From contig CM059432.1 of NCBI GenBank assembly GCA_030390025.1, forward strand, positions 92,878,001 to 92,942,000: a stretch of DNA of 64,000 nucleotides, given 5' to 3'. Position 1 is the first letter of the stretch. The number at the start of each line of letters is the position of its first letter. Positions 23,200 to 36,315 of this stretch are shown here, piece by piece. Source of the stretch: Squalus acanthias (lineage: Eukaryota). The translations under genes were made by a program, and so were the position numbers. The notes under the pieces were generated by a model. The model worked only from the letters and a program-made list of their open reading frames with translations. It made no database searches and had not been told where the DNA came from.

Positions 23200-23710
23200 C
23201 CATAAAAATGCTCAGAATTGCCTGATTTCTTTGGGTTGTGTTGGCTATTGGTTGCACCCACATGATAATGCGTGCTCCAAATGTAAACTCCCATATTTAT
23301 ATGAACCGCAAAGGCTTCCATTCCCTAATTCTGCAGCTCATTTGTAATGACGAACTTAGTTTTTTGTATATGAATTCACAATATTCTGGGAGCTGCCAAG
23401 ATGCTTCTGTACTTCGTCAGTCCAGTGTCCCAGCAGGGACAAGAACTAGAATGGCTGCTGAGTGATGAGGTATATCCACTACCCAATGGCTCATGACACT
23501 TCTTCATAGTACCACCAGTGCTGCAGAGGAGCACTACAATGAAGCACACATGAGGAAAAGGATAGGAATTGAGAAAGTCATTGGGATGCTCCAGTCTGAT
23601 GTCTGGATAGGTCCAAGGATACCTTGCAATATGTGCCCAAAAGCATCATACAAATTGCGATAGCACATTGTGTGCTTCATAACTTTGCAATCCGGAAAGG
23701 ACTGACGGTA
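23200..23710 (+). pseudogene. Decayed Harbinger (HARBI1-like DDE) transposase
   Basis: AIGCTH...YMNRKGFHSL..QLIC...YSGSCQDASVLRQS, then WLM...EEHYNEAH...IEKVIGML and LQYVP...HCVLHNFA, across frameshifts. Confidence 0.88.
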
Positions 23711-25114
23711 GATGTCCCAGAGGGTGCCAGAGAGCCTGATAATGACCTACTGATGCTGAAGACTCAGCCCATGAAGAACAGGAAGCAGGTACAGTGGCAA
23801 TGTCTGCTAGACAGCTGTAAGACAGACTCAATTTAATATACTTTCACAGAAGAATAGAGCAGCATCATTTGGAAGTTGCAGCCCATCAACAAGCTGCCTC
23901 CTCTCTCCAAACTCTCTATGGTGTAATAAAGTCTCTGCTCCTCACAGTTGGCCATCACATCCTAATCCTGAGCCCCAGCATCAGAATATTACCTCTGTCC
24001 CATTATCCTACAAGAAAACCAACACCAAGCAATCCTTACATCAAATATTCCAATGCTGTATTGCAACTATTCACAAAAACATTACTTGGTTTGTCACCAT
24101 GCATAACCCTTGTGACCACACATTTTCTCTGCCCTTTTCTATCACTTCTTCATGCCACCTGAAAGCCTGGGATCTGATAGATAGACAGCTACTTCAAAAT
24201 ATTATGAGCTTCTTGGGATGGAGGTGGCCTTTCTCTCCTAGACCCGAAGGCAGACTCTTTGTCACGGCTTCTTGGCAACTCGTCCTGTCAAGGTGAAGGT
24301 TTCTGAGGGGAGCTGATGTGGTGCTTCTCTGTGCTGCTGCTCTGGTGAGAAGCAGCCTCTCAAGGCATGCACACCAGCTTCTCCGCTGGTACTGGGAACA
24401 AGATTCTGGTTACCAACAATCAGCAGGAGAACGAACCTCACGGTTTCAGAAAGATTCTTAAATCCCTAATAGAGAGTCAAGCAAATATCCTCCAGTTTCT
24501 CTCATATACTGCCATGCATACTTTGCAATCTGGTTGACATTGACCTCTCCAGATGGCCCTTTAAGACCAGCAGTCCTTCATTCAGCGCCTCCACACTGAG
24601 TTGACTGACTTGCTTGGATCACTCAATAAGTGGGGGATGCTCCTGAGGGCTACACTTTCTCCAGGTTGCCCCCTCAGTTGTTGTTCAGCTCGGCAATGGA
24701 CTCCACTGCTATCCCAAGCCTCAGCCACAGATATTGAGAGAGGCCACACAGGACCTCTGTATGTGTCTAAACCTCTGCTAGCATCCTTCATAGCAGGACC
24801 CCTGAGATCATCATCCACGAGCTTTGCAGCCAGGGGCTGATGTCTGACAGCTTTGCTCAACTACATCAGGCTCCGCTTCCACATCTGCATCCTCTGGTTT
24901 CCCTGTACTGTGTCATTTAACATATATTAATTCCTCACCGACACTATCTGAAGCCCCTTGGATGGTGTGTCTGGGCTGCTAAGTCCAAAGTAGAGTGTAA
25001 ATGATGGGGTGGGTGAGTGGTCACCAGTGTTGCCAGAGGTAGCACGGACTGCACTGTCTTGCTCTTCAGCATCATATTTATCATATAATGAAGTGACATA
25101 AACAGCAGTAATAA

Positions 25115-25875
25115 CAACAAAATCAACATTAATTTATATAGCACCTTTAATGTAGCAAAATGTTACAAAATGCTTCACAGAGGCATAAGCAAAAAAAGAT
25201 GCTCAGCCAAAGGAGATATTAAGAGAGGGGGGTCACAGAGGGAGGCTTTAAGAAGAAATTTAAAGGAATAGAAGGAGGTGGAGATGTTTAGAGAGGGAAT
25301 TCCAGAGGGTGAGACAGAGGCGGCTGAAGACATAGCCACAAATTGGTGGGGTGAACAGAGGGGGGATGCATTGTGCACAAGAGGCCAGAGTCTGAGGAAA
25401 TGAGAGTTTGGCGGGGGTGGGTTTCAGGGCTGCAGGAAGTTACAGAGATAAGTAGGGAGAGGCCATGAAGGGATTTAAAGACAAGGATGAGAATTTTAAA
25501 GTTGAGGCATTTTGGGACCAAAAGCCAATATAGGTCAGCAAGAATAGGGTAATGGGTGAGTGAGACGGTACAGGATAGCATACAGGCATAAGAGCTGAAG
25601 TTTACAGAGCATGGAGGATGTGAGGCTGGCCAGGGGAGCATTGGAATAGTCGAGTCTGGAGATGACTAAGGTATGAATGTGGGTTTCAGCAGCAGATTTA
25701 CTGAAGTAGGGACTGAGGCCAGTAATGTTACGGAGGTGGAAGTAGGTGGTCTTTGTAGTGGAGAGGATATGGGGTGAGAAGGTTGGGATTGAATTGGAAA
25801 CGAGATTGCAAACAGTCTGATTCAACCTGAGACAATGACCAGGCAGGGGATGGAATTGGTGCCAAAGGCAGAGAG
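25115..25875 (-). mobile_element. L2 LINE 3' end, decayed
   Basis: YFHLRNI, HTLVISRLDYSNA and FKILILVFKSLHGL motifs; tail aaaggtgctatataaat on the minus strand. Confidence 0.85.
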
Positions 25876-25879
25876 TTTG

Positions 25880-26165
25880 TGGTCCTCTCAATCACCAGCC
25901 CTTTAGCTGCATCTACCTCATTATATCTCTCCTTTGTTTGTATTCGGGGTAGTTGAAGTGGGATCATCAGCCATGGGAGCAGGGGATGTGCCTTTTGCCC
26001 AGTAGCCATCCATATATATGTTATTACCTGGAGAGATGAAGGAATGCTGAGTGCTGAAGGATGAATTCATCAAGACAGCTTCCTGTACATTGGACATTGA
26101 TGTGAAGAATATTTGGGCGGTCTGACCCAATAGCAGGCAGTGAAAATCAACTGCAAGTCTCAGTG
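25880..26165 (-). pseudogene. Harbinger transposase fragment
   Basis: GSCLDEFILQHS, GWLLG and PWLMIPL...ERYNE...VIERT motifs across frames. Confidence 0.7.
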
Positions 26166-26789
26166 GAAACAGCAAAAAAAAAGTTGAAAAACTTTCCAAA
26201 CAGCAGAAAGTTTGCAGACTCTTCAAAGCTCACAAACTCCTCACTTCCACCTTGGTCCGGTGCGGTAGACAGCTGCTGCACCTCAGAGTGAAATAGGGGC
26301 GAAATCCAGGAAAATCACATCTACAGTGCCACTGACTGATAGGTGCACGTATGGAAATAAGCCTAGCAGAGACTTGGCAAGGGAATTGCGGGAAGGGTCA
26401 AAAAGATCAAAGAAATTCAGGGCAAACAACTTAAAGGGGCAAAGAGGCGCTTAACCCCAAGTGTTCTTGTGAAAAATTATTCTGCAAAACCAAAGCAAAT
26501 CAAAGTTGAAGTTTGCAATCATTTTTTATTGCTGTTTATAGATTAAACCAATGGCAACAAGTAATATTTCAGAACCAGAAATCAATAACTGAAAACGATG
26601 TGAATAAAACATAAAGGTTTGTGACTCCATTGAATTGCTTCAGATAGTAACCGTGCAGGTCTCAAAAGAGTAACTCCTCCAACAGAGCAGTACACCTGTG
26701 CTGCTTACTGCATTGTTTACTCTGTTTATGGTGGCTCCTGCAAATTATTATCCTTCTCCTCCTTGCTGCTATTCCTCAGGTCTGCATTT

Positions 26790-27480
26790 CCACAGATGTG
26801 TTACACAACATTCAGCACACCATTACTATTCTTCCAACTGTTTCTGCTGCTGCAGTCAGACTATCTGAAACATTAGCTTAACAGAACAACGTCTGTTTGA
26901 AGAGATTTCTGCCTCTCGAATGTGCCTCATTTTATGTTACATCATACTTAAGTTGTCACGGACATGTTTCAAGTTAGCAACCTATATCTCCAAAGAGCCA
27001 ACTTTTCAACCTGTTCTCTCCTTGGATGAGCTGGGAACTATGATTCTCATTAGATAAATGTAACATGGGTACTCCTTGGAAAACATGCTTTTACATGAAC
27101 ATTTCATTGCCTCTGGTTTCACACGACTTGGAGGGTCATGGAGTCATGCTCCTTTCTGTTGATTAACACTAAGAGATTTTTTTACAGGTACTTGAATGGC
27201 TACATGGGTGAAGTTGATGAAGATGGTGTCCTGTATTGTGTGAATGCCACACCATTCATAGAACTGTGTCCGCATCTACTGCTGGATCCTAGTGCTAAAT
27301 TTAAAGTAGTCACAAGCATGTCAAAACAAGTCATCTACAATCTCTGTAATGTAATAGCAAATCACAAACTAGCTGATCACATAATAGTCCTCAATAAGGT
27401 TGAGGTAGCTCACCCATCCACAGTAGATATGTTGCCTGGGGTAGTAGCAAGTCCCAGTGGTCCTTCTCCTATGGGCCTCC
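26790..27480 (-). pseudogene. Heavily decayed Harbinger transposase
   Basis: Minus strand reads HVAIQVP, INRKEHDSMTLQVV, CFPRSTH, SWLFGD.G, EAHSRGRN and GRIVMVC.ML.N, in HARBI1 motif order. Confidence 0.7.
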
Positions 27481-28071
27481 ACTCCTGCACCTTGTACTCC
27501 TCGCCCAGCATACCTACCAATACCTGTTGCTGCATCCATGCTGCTACAGGCTCTGTACAATGCCACCAACTTTGCTTCCTGCTTAATATCTGCCTGCTCC
27601 CTTTGTTACTTGACTGCCAGGTTTAATTCGGCATCAATAATTCAATGTGCACATGACGTGAAGCCTGAGTAATTTTGGACAAATCTCATTAATTTACACT
27701 TAACAAGCAAAGAAATATGCTCATGCTGCATCTTAAGCACAAGAACAAATTAAAAATAGGGAAATGTGCACAAGTTAATGCAACTGTATAAGTTACTACA
27801 TTAATGCATAGTTAGCACATGCACTAGCTTTAATGCAAAGAGTAATTTTCTTTCATGTGAGAAATGAAAATTCCAGCTTTTAATAATTCACAAGCTGGAG
27901 TGCACACATGCCAACCGAAGGGGTCAGTGAGGGAGCTAAAGAAAAAATAGGTAGGACTGATGTCCAGCTGCACCTGCCTGCTGTTGCATGTAAAGCAATT
28001 AAATCTGCTCCAAAATGGAACAAAATGAGAACATGTCCAAAACATCGATCTAAGATGTATTAAAAGTCTGC

Positions 28072-28140
28072 AGTCAGCATTGGTTCAGCAGTAGCACTCT
28101 CACCTCTGAGTCAGAAGGTTGTAAATTCAAGTTCCATTGC
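28072..28140 (+). mobile_element. SacSINE1-like tRNA head remnant
   Basis: gtcagcattggttcagcagtagcactctcacctctgagtcagaaggttgtaaattcaagttcc matches the head of the 57522-57977 SINE. Confidence 0.6.
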
Positions 28141-30819
28141 AGTGTCAGACTTACTCCATTACACTTTCCCCATGACACTTTGTTGGTAACACTCCTATTG
28201 TTATAAAGCAGTCCTTTCTCTGACTCACCGTAAGCAACACCATGAAAGATCTGCTCCTAATGAATTCAATGTTTTGCATATACTGTGCACTTGCCATTAG
28301 TGTCACACTTACTTCCTCTCACAATTTCCCAGCCACACTTTCCCCGCCCTGGCACTCGGATTCATTCTTTTCCGTGGGCACCTTGGCCATCCTGGGTTCC
28401 ATCCCACTCGGGCCTCTGGATGTCTGTCTGTCCACTTCCCATGCTGGCCCACTCACGTTTGGGCCGTTCTTAGGCTGTCCTGAGTGCGCATCTCCATTCT
28501 ACTCAGGCCTCTAGCCACACTTGGGCCATCCTTGTCTCTCTCCTGGGTCCTCATTGCTACTTGAAACTACCAATTTTCTTTTAATAATTCTTACAGAGCT
28601 GTAAATAAATATGAGTGCTATAAGAACTTTAAAAAAATAAATTGCCGGCTTCCCAACTTAATGCTGGAAACCATCTTTGGGATCAAGCTGAAAGGGGACA
28701 TAGGGACAGTGGCAAGGGGATGGAAGAGGTGAGGGGATGAGGTAGTGTGGAAAGGAGGGGACAGAGGCTGAGCGGAGCAAAGGGAAGGCATGGGATGAGG
28801 GTTGAAGAGATAGAGTGAGGAAGGGGCAAACAAAAGATGGGGTCAGGAGGGATGGGATTAAGGGGCTGCAGGAATGTAGCGGGGGAGAGGCAAGGGAATG
28901 GAGTTGAATGAGGTAGATGAGGGGAAAGGATACTGTGAAAGCAATGGGGTTAGGACATGATGAAAGCAAGAGGCCTGTCGAAAGTGAAGAGGGTAGTGGA
29001 GAGGGGGTAGTGGAAACTGAAGAGGTAGTTGAGTCAATGGGAGTGAGGGTAGAAGGAGGAGGCAAGAGGGATGGGTGACAGGGAGAAGGATGGGAAGGGA
29101 GCCACCACGCACTGCAGGCTGCATTTTCCCTGCAGGTACCACTGGAAAATATACCCTTTGGACCTCGACAGTTCTCTTCCCTATCATGTCACCCATTACC
29201 TCCTGCCTGAAAGGAAGAAAAAGAGAAATGCAGAAAGAAGTAGAAGAGAACAGCAAAAGAGAAGCAGAAGAGAAGACAGAGAATCAGCAACATGAATACA
29301 ATAAATATTGGTAAGAGAGACTGTAAGCTCTGACTTTCGACGAGCATTGGGAGATCCACTGGTCCCTTTCTCAGTGTCATTCCCTCTCCCTTTCAAAACT
29401 AGGCTTTGTCTATGCTTCATTCTGGCCACTCTGCTGAGTTGCCATTATGAAACTGAGGAACAGAACCTGCTAGGTGAGTTTTTCCAAAGACGTTTTATGT
29501 TTGTAATAAAATCTGTGTTGTAATTTAAACTGAGTCTCTACTAGCTAGTTGGAGACTGATGTTTTATGAACTTGCAACCAGACTCCTCTCATACTATGTT
29601 TTCATATCAGGATTCGAGGCCTGTCCCAGATAATTATCAAAGAGACCCATTTGGGCCCTGTGTCAACATGAGATTATCTATCTATATATCCATCTATCTA
29701 TAAATAAAAAAATACTGCTGACATCAATTTAATTCAGGTAATTCTTTAGAATAAATTTATCAATAGTAGAAAAATCTTCGAGGTTCAGGGATTTTGTTCT
29801 GCATGAAATGCTTGGAGACAAAGACTGCTGTGAATGTTGTCCGTATGATCGCACTAAATCTGCGTTAAGGTATATAAATTTGATGTGTTCCTGTTAACAA
29901 AGCATTCACTCCCTAGTTACTCCTGTAATAGATGTTAAGCATGATAATGTGCTGAGCCTGCATTAATGAGGGATAGTGTTATGAATTTGCAATCTCGGCA
30001 TATCAGGAATTCAGCATACCCCTGAAATCCCAATTTGTGCTCCCAGTAGCTGAAGCTCCACAATGGGAGTGTGAATTCATAAATAAAATGGCCCCGTGGT
30101 ATTTTTTGTTTGTTAATGAGCTATTGAAGTATTTTTTCTAAAATTCCCAAGGCTTGGCTTTTAATAGACAAGGAGTATATAATGCCTGTTCAAAGCTGGC
30201 TTCAGAGCAGTGGAAGCAATGCACAAAATGAACCTGTGAGAAAGTGGGAAGCCTGAGACTAATGCATTGACTGAGGAAAACTACAGAACGTCCTATTGGG
30301 AAAGTGTTTCACGTGGTACAAATGCTCTATGTGGGTGTCTGGGGCATGTAATACCATTCATGTCAAGACTATCAGTTATGCTTCTGTGACGCAGCATACC
30401 TGCATATGAGAAAGCAGAGCTAAAGAGTAGTATTACGCAATACTGCATAAATCCATCAACATTATTATGAATATTTATGTATACAAGTTCATCATGATAC
30501 TAATGAGAGTGTTGAATTTATTAAACCTGCTGTATTATCGTGGCATGATTAGTTTTCCACCAAATATAGGCATGAAATTCTAGTTCCAAAAATTATGCCC
30601 AAGCATCAGATGTACTATCAGGTTGTGATGTGACCTTTCTGAAGTCGACATAGGAGTTGATTGCTGCAACTATAACTAGTCTTGTCCCAGCAACTGTAAC
30701 AATAGTTTTTTTATATGACCTTTACAATCCTATATTGCTCTTCAGTGATCTAAGTGTGTTTTATGAAATGCATAAAAACATTGAGGCCTGGATTTTCCTC
30801 CCGAGTACTACCCATTTTT

Positions 30820-33735
30820 GACTGGTACTCAGACAGGAAAAACTGTAACGGAACAATGGGTGATCTTTAAGGAGCAGATGTTCCAAGTACAGGCTAGGTA
30901 CATTCCAACAACAGGGAGGGGTAAGGGAACCAAAGCAAGGGCTCCTTGGATGACGAGGGAGATAGAGAAGATGATGAAACAAAAAAAGAGGGCGTATGAT
31001 GCATGTGAGGTGAATTCTTCAAGGGAGAACCAGACCAAATACAATAAGTTGAGAGGGGATGTGAAGATGAAAATAAGATTGGCAAAGAGAGAATATGAGA
31101 GTAGAATGGTGGTTAACATAAAAGGGAACCCAAAAAGCTCTACCGGCATGTAAACAGCGGGTAGTAAGAGACGGGGTGGGGCCGATTAGAGACAAAGAAG
31201 GTGATATATGCTTAGAGGCGCAGGGCCATAGTAGAATACTCAATAAGTACTTTGTATCGGTGTTTACTAAAGAGTGGATGCTGACAAAATATCAGTAGAA
31301 GTGGAAAAGGTAGAATCAATGGAATGGGTGAAAATTGATAGAGGATGTACTAAAAAGGCTGGGTATGCTTAGAGTGGACAAGTCGCCTGGTCCAGATGGC
31401 TTGCATCCCAGGTTGCTAAGGGAATTGGGGGAGGAGATAGCGGAAGGGCTTGCCATAATTTTTCAATCTTCCCTCGATGCGGGGGAGGTGCCTGAGGATT
31501 GAAAGTGGCAAATGTTGCACCATTGTTCAAGAAAGGATGCAAGGACAATCCTAGTAACTACAGGCCGGTCAGTTTAACATCAGTGGTGGGTAAAGTTTTA
31601 GAAACAATGATCAAGGAAAAAATTAACAGGCACTTGGAGAGGTTTAAGCTAATTAAGGAGAGTCAACACGGATTTGTAAAAGGCAGATCGTGTTTGACTA
31701 ATTGAATTGAATTTTTTGATGAAGTAACAGAGAGGATTGATGAAGGGAATGCAACGGATGTTGTCTACATGGATTTTCGGAAGGCGTTTGACAAAGTACC
31801 ACATAGAAGGCTGGTTAACAAAATTGAGGGTCATGGAATAGGTGAGTCAGTGGCAGCTTGGATAAGGAATTGGCTTAGGGACAGAAAACAGCGAGTTGTG
31901 GGCTGATAAGTGGCAGGTAACATTCGCGCCACAGAAGTGCCAGGCAATGACTATCTCCAACAAGCAACAGTCTAACCACCGCCCCTTGACATTCAATGGC
32001 ATTACCATCGCCGAATCCCCCACCATCAACATCCTGGGGGTCACCATTGACCAGAAACTTAACTGGACCAGCCACATAAATACTGTGGCAACAAGAGCAG
32101 GTCAGAGGCTAGGTATTCTGCGGTGAGTGACTCACCTCCTGACTCCCCAAAGCCTTTCTACTATCTACAAGGCACAAGTAAGGACTGTGATGGAATACTC
32201 TCCACTTGCCTGGATCAGTGCCGCTCCAACAACACTCAAGAAGCTCAACACCATCCAGGACAAAGCAGCCCGCTTGATTGGCACCCCATCTACCACCTTA
32301 AACATTCACTCCCTCCACCACCGGCGTACCGTGGCTGCAGTGTGTACCATCTACAAGATGCACTGCAGCAACTCGCCAAGGCTTCTTCGGCAGCACCTCC
32401 CAAACCCGCGACCTCTTCCACCTAGAAGGACAAGGGCAGCAGGCGCATGGGAACACCACCACCTCCAAGGTCCCCTCCAAGTCACACACCATCCTGACTT
32501 AGAAGTATATCGCCGATCCTTCATAGTCACTGGGTCAAAATCCTGGAACTCCATACCTAACAACATTGTGGGAGTACCTTCACCACACGGACTGCAGCGG
32601 TTCAAGGCGGCGGTTCACCACCACCTTCTCAAGGGAAATTAGGGATGGGCAATAAATGCTGGCCTTGCCAGCGATGCCCACATCCCATAAAAACAAATTT
32701 TTAAAAATTGGTGTTTTTCAGACTGTAGGATGGTAGACAGTGGTGTTCCCCAAGGGTCAGTGCTGGGGCCACTGCTTTTTTTGAAAAATATAAATGACTT
32801 GGATATTGGAATACAGAGTAGAATTTCTAAATTTGCCGATGACACCAAACTTGGGGGTGTGGCAAACAGTGATGATGATACCAATCGACTGCAACAGGAC
32901 ATAGAAAGGCTAGCCGAATGGGCAGACAAGTGGCAGATAGAATTTAATACAGAGAAGTGTGAGGTGATGCATTTTGGTAGAAGGAACAGGGAGAGACTAT
33001 ATACACTTAATGGCACAGTTTTAAAGAATGTGCAGGGACAAAGGGACCTGGGAGTTAATGTGCATAGTTCCCTGAAGGTGGCAGGACATATTGAGAGAGT
33101 GGTTAACAAAGCATATGGGATCTTGGGCTTCATAAATAGAGGTATTGAGTACAAAAGTAGAGAAGTTATGCTGAACCTTTATAAAGCGCTGCTTAGGCCA
33201 CAACTGGAGTATTGCGTCCAGTTCTGGTCACCACACTTTAGGAAGGATGTGAAGGCCCTTGAGAGGGTCCAGAATGGTTCCGGGGATGGGGGATCTTAGC
33301 TACAAGGACAGGTTGGAGAAGCTGGATTTGTTTTCATTAGAGCAAAGGAGGTTGAGGGGTGATTTGATAGAGGTGTACAAGATTATGACGGGTTTAGATA
33401 GACTAGACAGGGAAAGGCTGTTCCCACTAATTGATGGTACAAGGACTAGGGTACATAGATTTAAGGTTTTGGGCAAGAGAAACAGGGGGGATGTGAGGAA
33501 AAACTTTTTTACGTAGCGAGTGGTGATGACCTGGAATTCGCTGCCGATGGAAGTGGTGGAAGCGGAGACACTCAATGTTTTCAAGGTGAGACTGGATAGG
33601 CACTTGAGGGAAATAAACTTGCAGGGCTACGGGGATAGAGCGGGGGAATGGGACTGACTGGATTGCTCTACAGAGAGCCGGCACGGACTCGATGGGCCGA
33701 ATGGCCTCCTTCTGTGCCGTTATGACTCTATGACT
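30820..33735 (+). mobile_element. 5'-truncated CR1 LINE ORF2 and tail, interrupted by a family B LINE
   Basis: [56 protein letters not shown]; tail gatgggccgaatggcctccttctgtg. Confidence 0.93.
31897..32705 (+). mobile_element. Young family B LINE 3' fragment inserted into CR1
   Basis: WADKWQVTF...HHHLLKGN is continuous apart from one TGA (32124-26); complete tail and A-rich end. Confidence 0.92.
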
Positions 33736-35427
33736 GTATAATAGAGAAAAATGGGGTGGGGAGGACTACCACATCCTGCCCTAAAAATGGCTACCAGATT
33801 TTTTCTCCAGAACTTTTCACCATCCCTAGTGCCTGCCCCGCTACATTTAATGACAGTGGCTGGGTGGGGCTTAGGCCTCTCCATCTCTGCCAAAGCTCCA
33901 CCTCCTCTAAATAACATCTCAATAAAAGAGGCATTCTCCAGGCAGATATAGTGACCCAGATCTGGAGGAGAATTAAGGTGCTCATTTAAAGGAATATGAA
34001 CAGTGAATGCAGTACCTCAGAAAGGAGGCTGCTGATTCACACATTGCTACTGCTGACTATATGATGCTGATGGAACAATTGCAGTTTAAGTTGCTGCAGT
34101 ATGTCAATCGCTGCTGTAGCAGCTGATTTTCCTTCCACTCAGTGGTGCTCTCCTAATAAGAAGCACTATTCGTGTGGGAGCTCATGCTGAATACATAATT
34201 AACTTTGCCCAAAGAAAATGAGATGGGATCACAACAGGGTTGGACTAGTGGCTATAACTCCTAGCCTGCCCTGCCCTACTTCTGGTGGGAACCCAACAGT
34301 CTGGAAAATCTAAGTCAATGAAGAAGAAAATCAAGGGGAGGGTAAAACGGACTACCGATTTACTATCACCTGTTTTGCTCTACCCCACAAGAACAAATTC
34401 ACTCCCATAATATGACTGTACACGATTTTGGGGAAAAAAGGCAAACTATGATTATTTCTTTTGCAATTCAAGTTCCATTTAAGTACATCAATAGTTGCTG
34501 CTTCCACTTGCACTGAAAAATGGTGAAAAGTTTCAAGATATCATAAATGTGCACCTGATCTTTGGTATATCCCTATTCTTAGAGGCACAACTGAATTGCA
34601 TTTTCTCTATATTATACTGTCTAAGTACTTCCACCCCTGACATACGATGCCGCTTGAGGCATGTAATGTTCCTCACAGTTTTAGACAATTACTAACTTGT
34701 TCCAGGAGCTGACAAATATATATGTTGGAACTGGTAATAAGCCTGATCAAAGGTACAGGAAGGAGTGCTCCTGAAAACAGTATTTTGAACATGGGCTGCA
34801 ATTACATGTTTGTAAATAGTAGAAGGATTGCCTTTAAGGGGTGGGGGGCGTGGTTGGTGAGCAAATGCAGTGCTTTTGGTAACAGTACGTTTGCCATGCT
34901 TTCAGCTAAGCCAAATAAACTGAAAAGCGTTATAAGCATCCACACTAAGCATCATCATTGAAGTTTTGCAGCTTTCAGCCCATTAACAGTGTGGTTAGTA
35001 CCTCAGTACGTAGATCATCTTCAGTGTCTCTCCATCTCCAGACTCAATCCTTGCTCTCTCCGTCTCACTCCACCCAACTCTTGATCACCAAACTTCCCCT
35101 CCTGGCCCCAAGCGAGGCAATACTAGTAATGGTTCCCTTTCCTCAAGTACTGCCCCCTCTATTGTAGGTATGTTTCCATTGGCTTTTCAGTTTCAGCAGA
35201 GAGCTTTCATGAGAATAGCTAAAAAAATAAAAAATTTAATCCTAATTTAGCATATTTGAGTTAAAAGCAATTTTTTTCCCCCTGGACGCATCAGCAGGGG
35301 TTTAATATCGTGAGAGGCTGGCACCATTTAAAGCTAGCTTGCACCTCTTAAAGGGGAGGTGTACTGTGGCTGGAGCAGGTGCAGGGAGTCACGGTTCAAG
35401 AGATTCTGACCTGGGAAAGAGTGAGGT

Positions 35428-35665
35428 ATGGCAAAACAGGGGAGAGAACGGACACCAAGTTTTTCGGACGCTGCACGGGAGGACTTGGTGGAGGAGGTGG
35501 AAAGGAGGACAGATGTCCTGTATCTGCAGGGAGGAAGGAGGCCCTCAAGACACACGGGCAAATGGCAGTAGGAGCAGATAGCCATGGAGGTCAATGCCAG
35601 GAGTCAAGCTCCGAGGACCTGGATGCAGTGCCGCAAGAAATTCAATGACCTCATGAGCATGCAGC
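35428..35665 (+). pseudogene. Harbinger accessory Myb/SANT-like DNA-binding ORF fragment
   Basis: MAKQGRERTPSFSDAA..LVEEVERRTDVLY...EVNARSQAPRTWMQCRKKFNDL across frameshifts; typical of the NAIF1/MSANTD-like family. Confidence 0.85.
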
Positions 35666-35689
35666 AGACCACAACGAATCTTGAGACCC

Positions 35690-36005
35690 GCTCTGCCGCG
35701 TACTACAGGGCTCTTCCAGAGCTGTCCAGGCAGCAAAAGCATTGTTTCAGCACGCCAATGGTCTGCTTTATCACATTTTATGTGGCATCATGGCTTTCAT
35801 TGTATGCATGCTGCACATGTGTGCATGGGTTGTTCACCGGAGTCATCAGCCATGTCATCAGCAGATAGCCCTTGTTACCCAGTAACCACCCTTTGGTTTT
35901 CCGTGGTGGTTCAAATGCAGCTGGCACAGCGGACTGCCGCAGAATGAAGGCATCAAGGGTGCTGCCAGGATACCGGGCACTGACCTGCATGATTTGCTGC
36001 CTATG
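35690..36005 (-). pseudogene. Harbinger transposase fragment, convergent with the Myb/SANT fragment
   Basis: IMQVSARYPGSTLDAFILRQS...GWLLGNKGY..TWLMTP...YNESH, continuing QTIGVLKQCFCCLDSSG. Confidence 0.88.
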
Positions 36006-36315
36006 TTTATTGTTCATTTTTTTCCCCCTTGAATTAAAAGATTTTCCTTGATGTATTTAAGAGTGGTAATTAATACAGCTGAAATTGGGCTTATCACAAA
36101 AATACGCATTTTTAATAAGAGTGTTGGTAACCTGATTTTAAATAACTGAAAATGACTTTACAAAACTATACAGAACCATTTACTAGTTTCATTGACGTAC
36201 ATTAGTCAATTTCTTAGTAAATTAAATATTTAAAAATCTTTGAAAACTTTTAAAAGGTGACTATTAGTGCCTTTGCACCTTATAGAAACAGCTTAATTTG
36301 AAAAGACTCCTCAAA

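Larger units (their letters stand above)
30785..34316. mobile_element. Possible MITE whose ends flank a CR1 insertion
   Basis: ggcctggattttcc at 30785 and ggaaaatctaagtc ending at 34316 are approximate inverted termini; no matching TSD. Confidence 0.35.

Noticed and set aside
27138..27626. 162-aa plus-strand ORF
   Set aside because: Antisense shadow of a decayed Harbinger transposase.
29136..29310. Exon-like segment (ttttccctgcag| ... |gtaaga) with an open Glu/Lys-rich frame
   Set aside because: Lies in a purine-rich repeat with a second copy at about 7.9 kb, is upstream of the only promoter, and has no recognisable homology.
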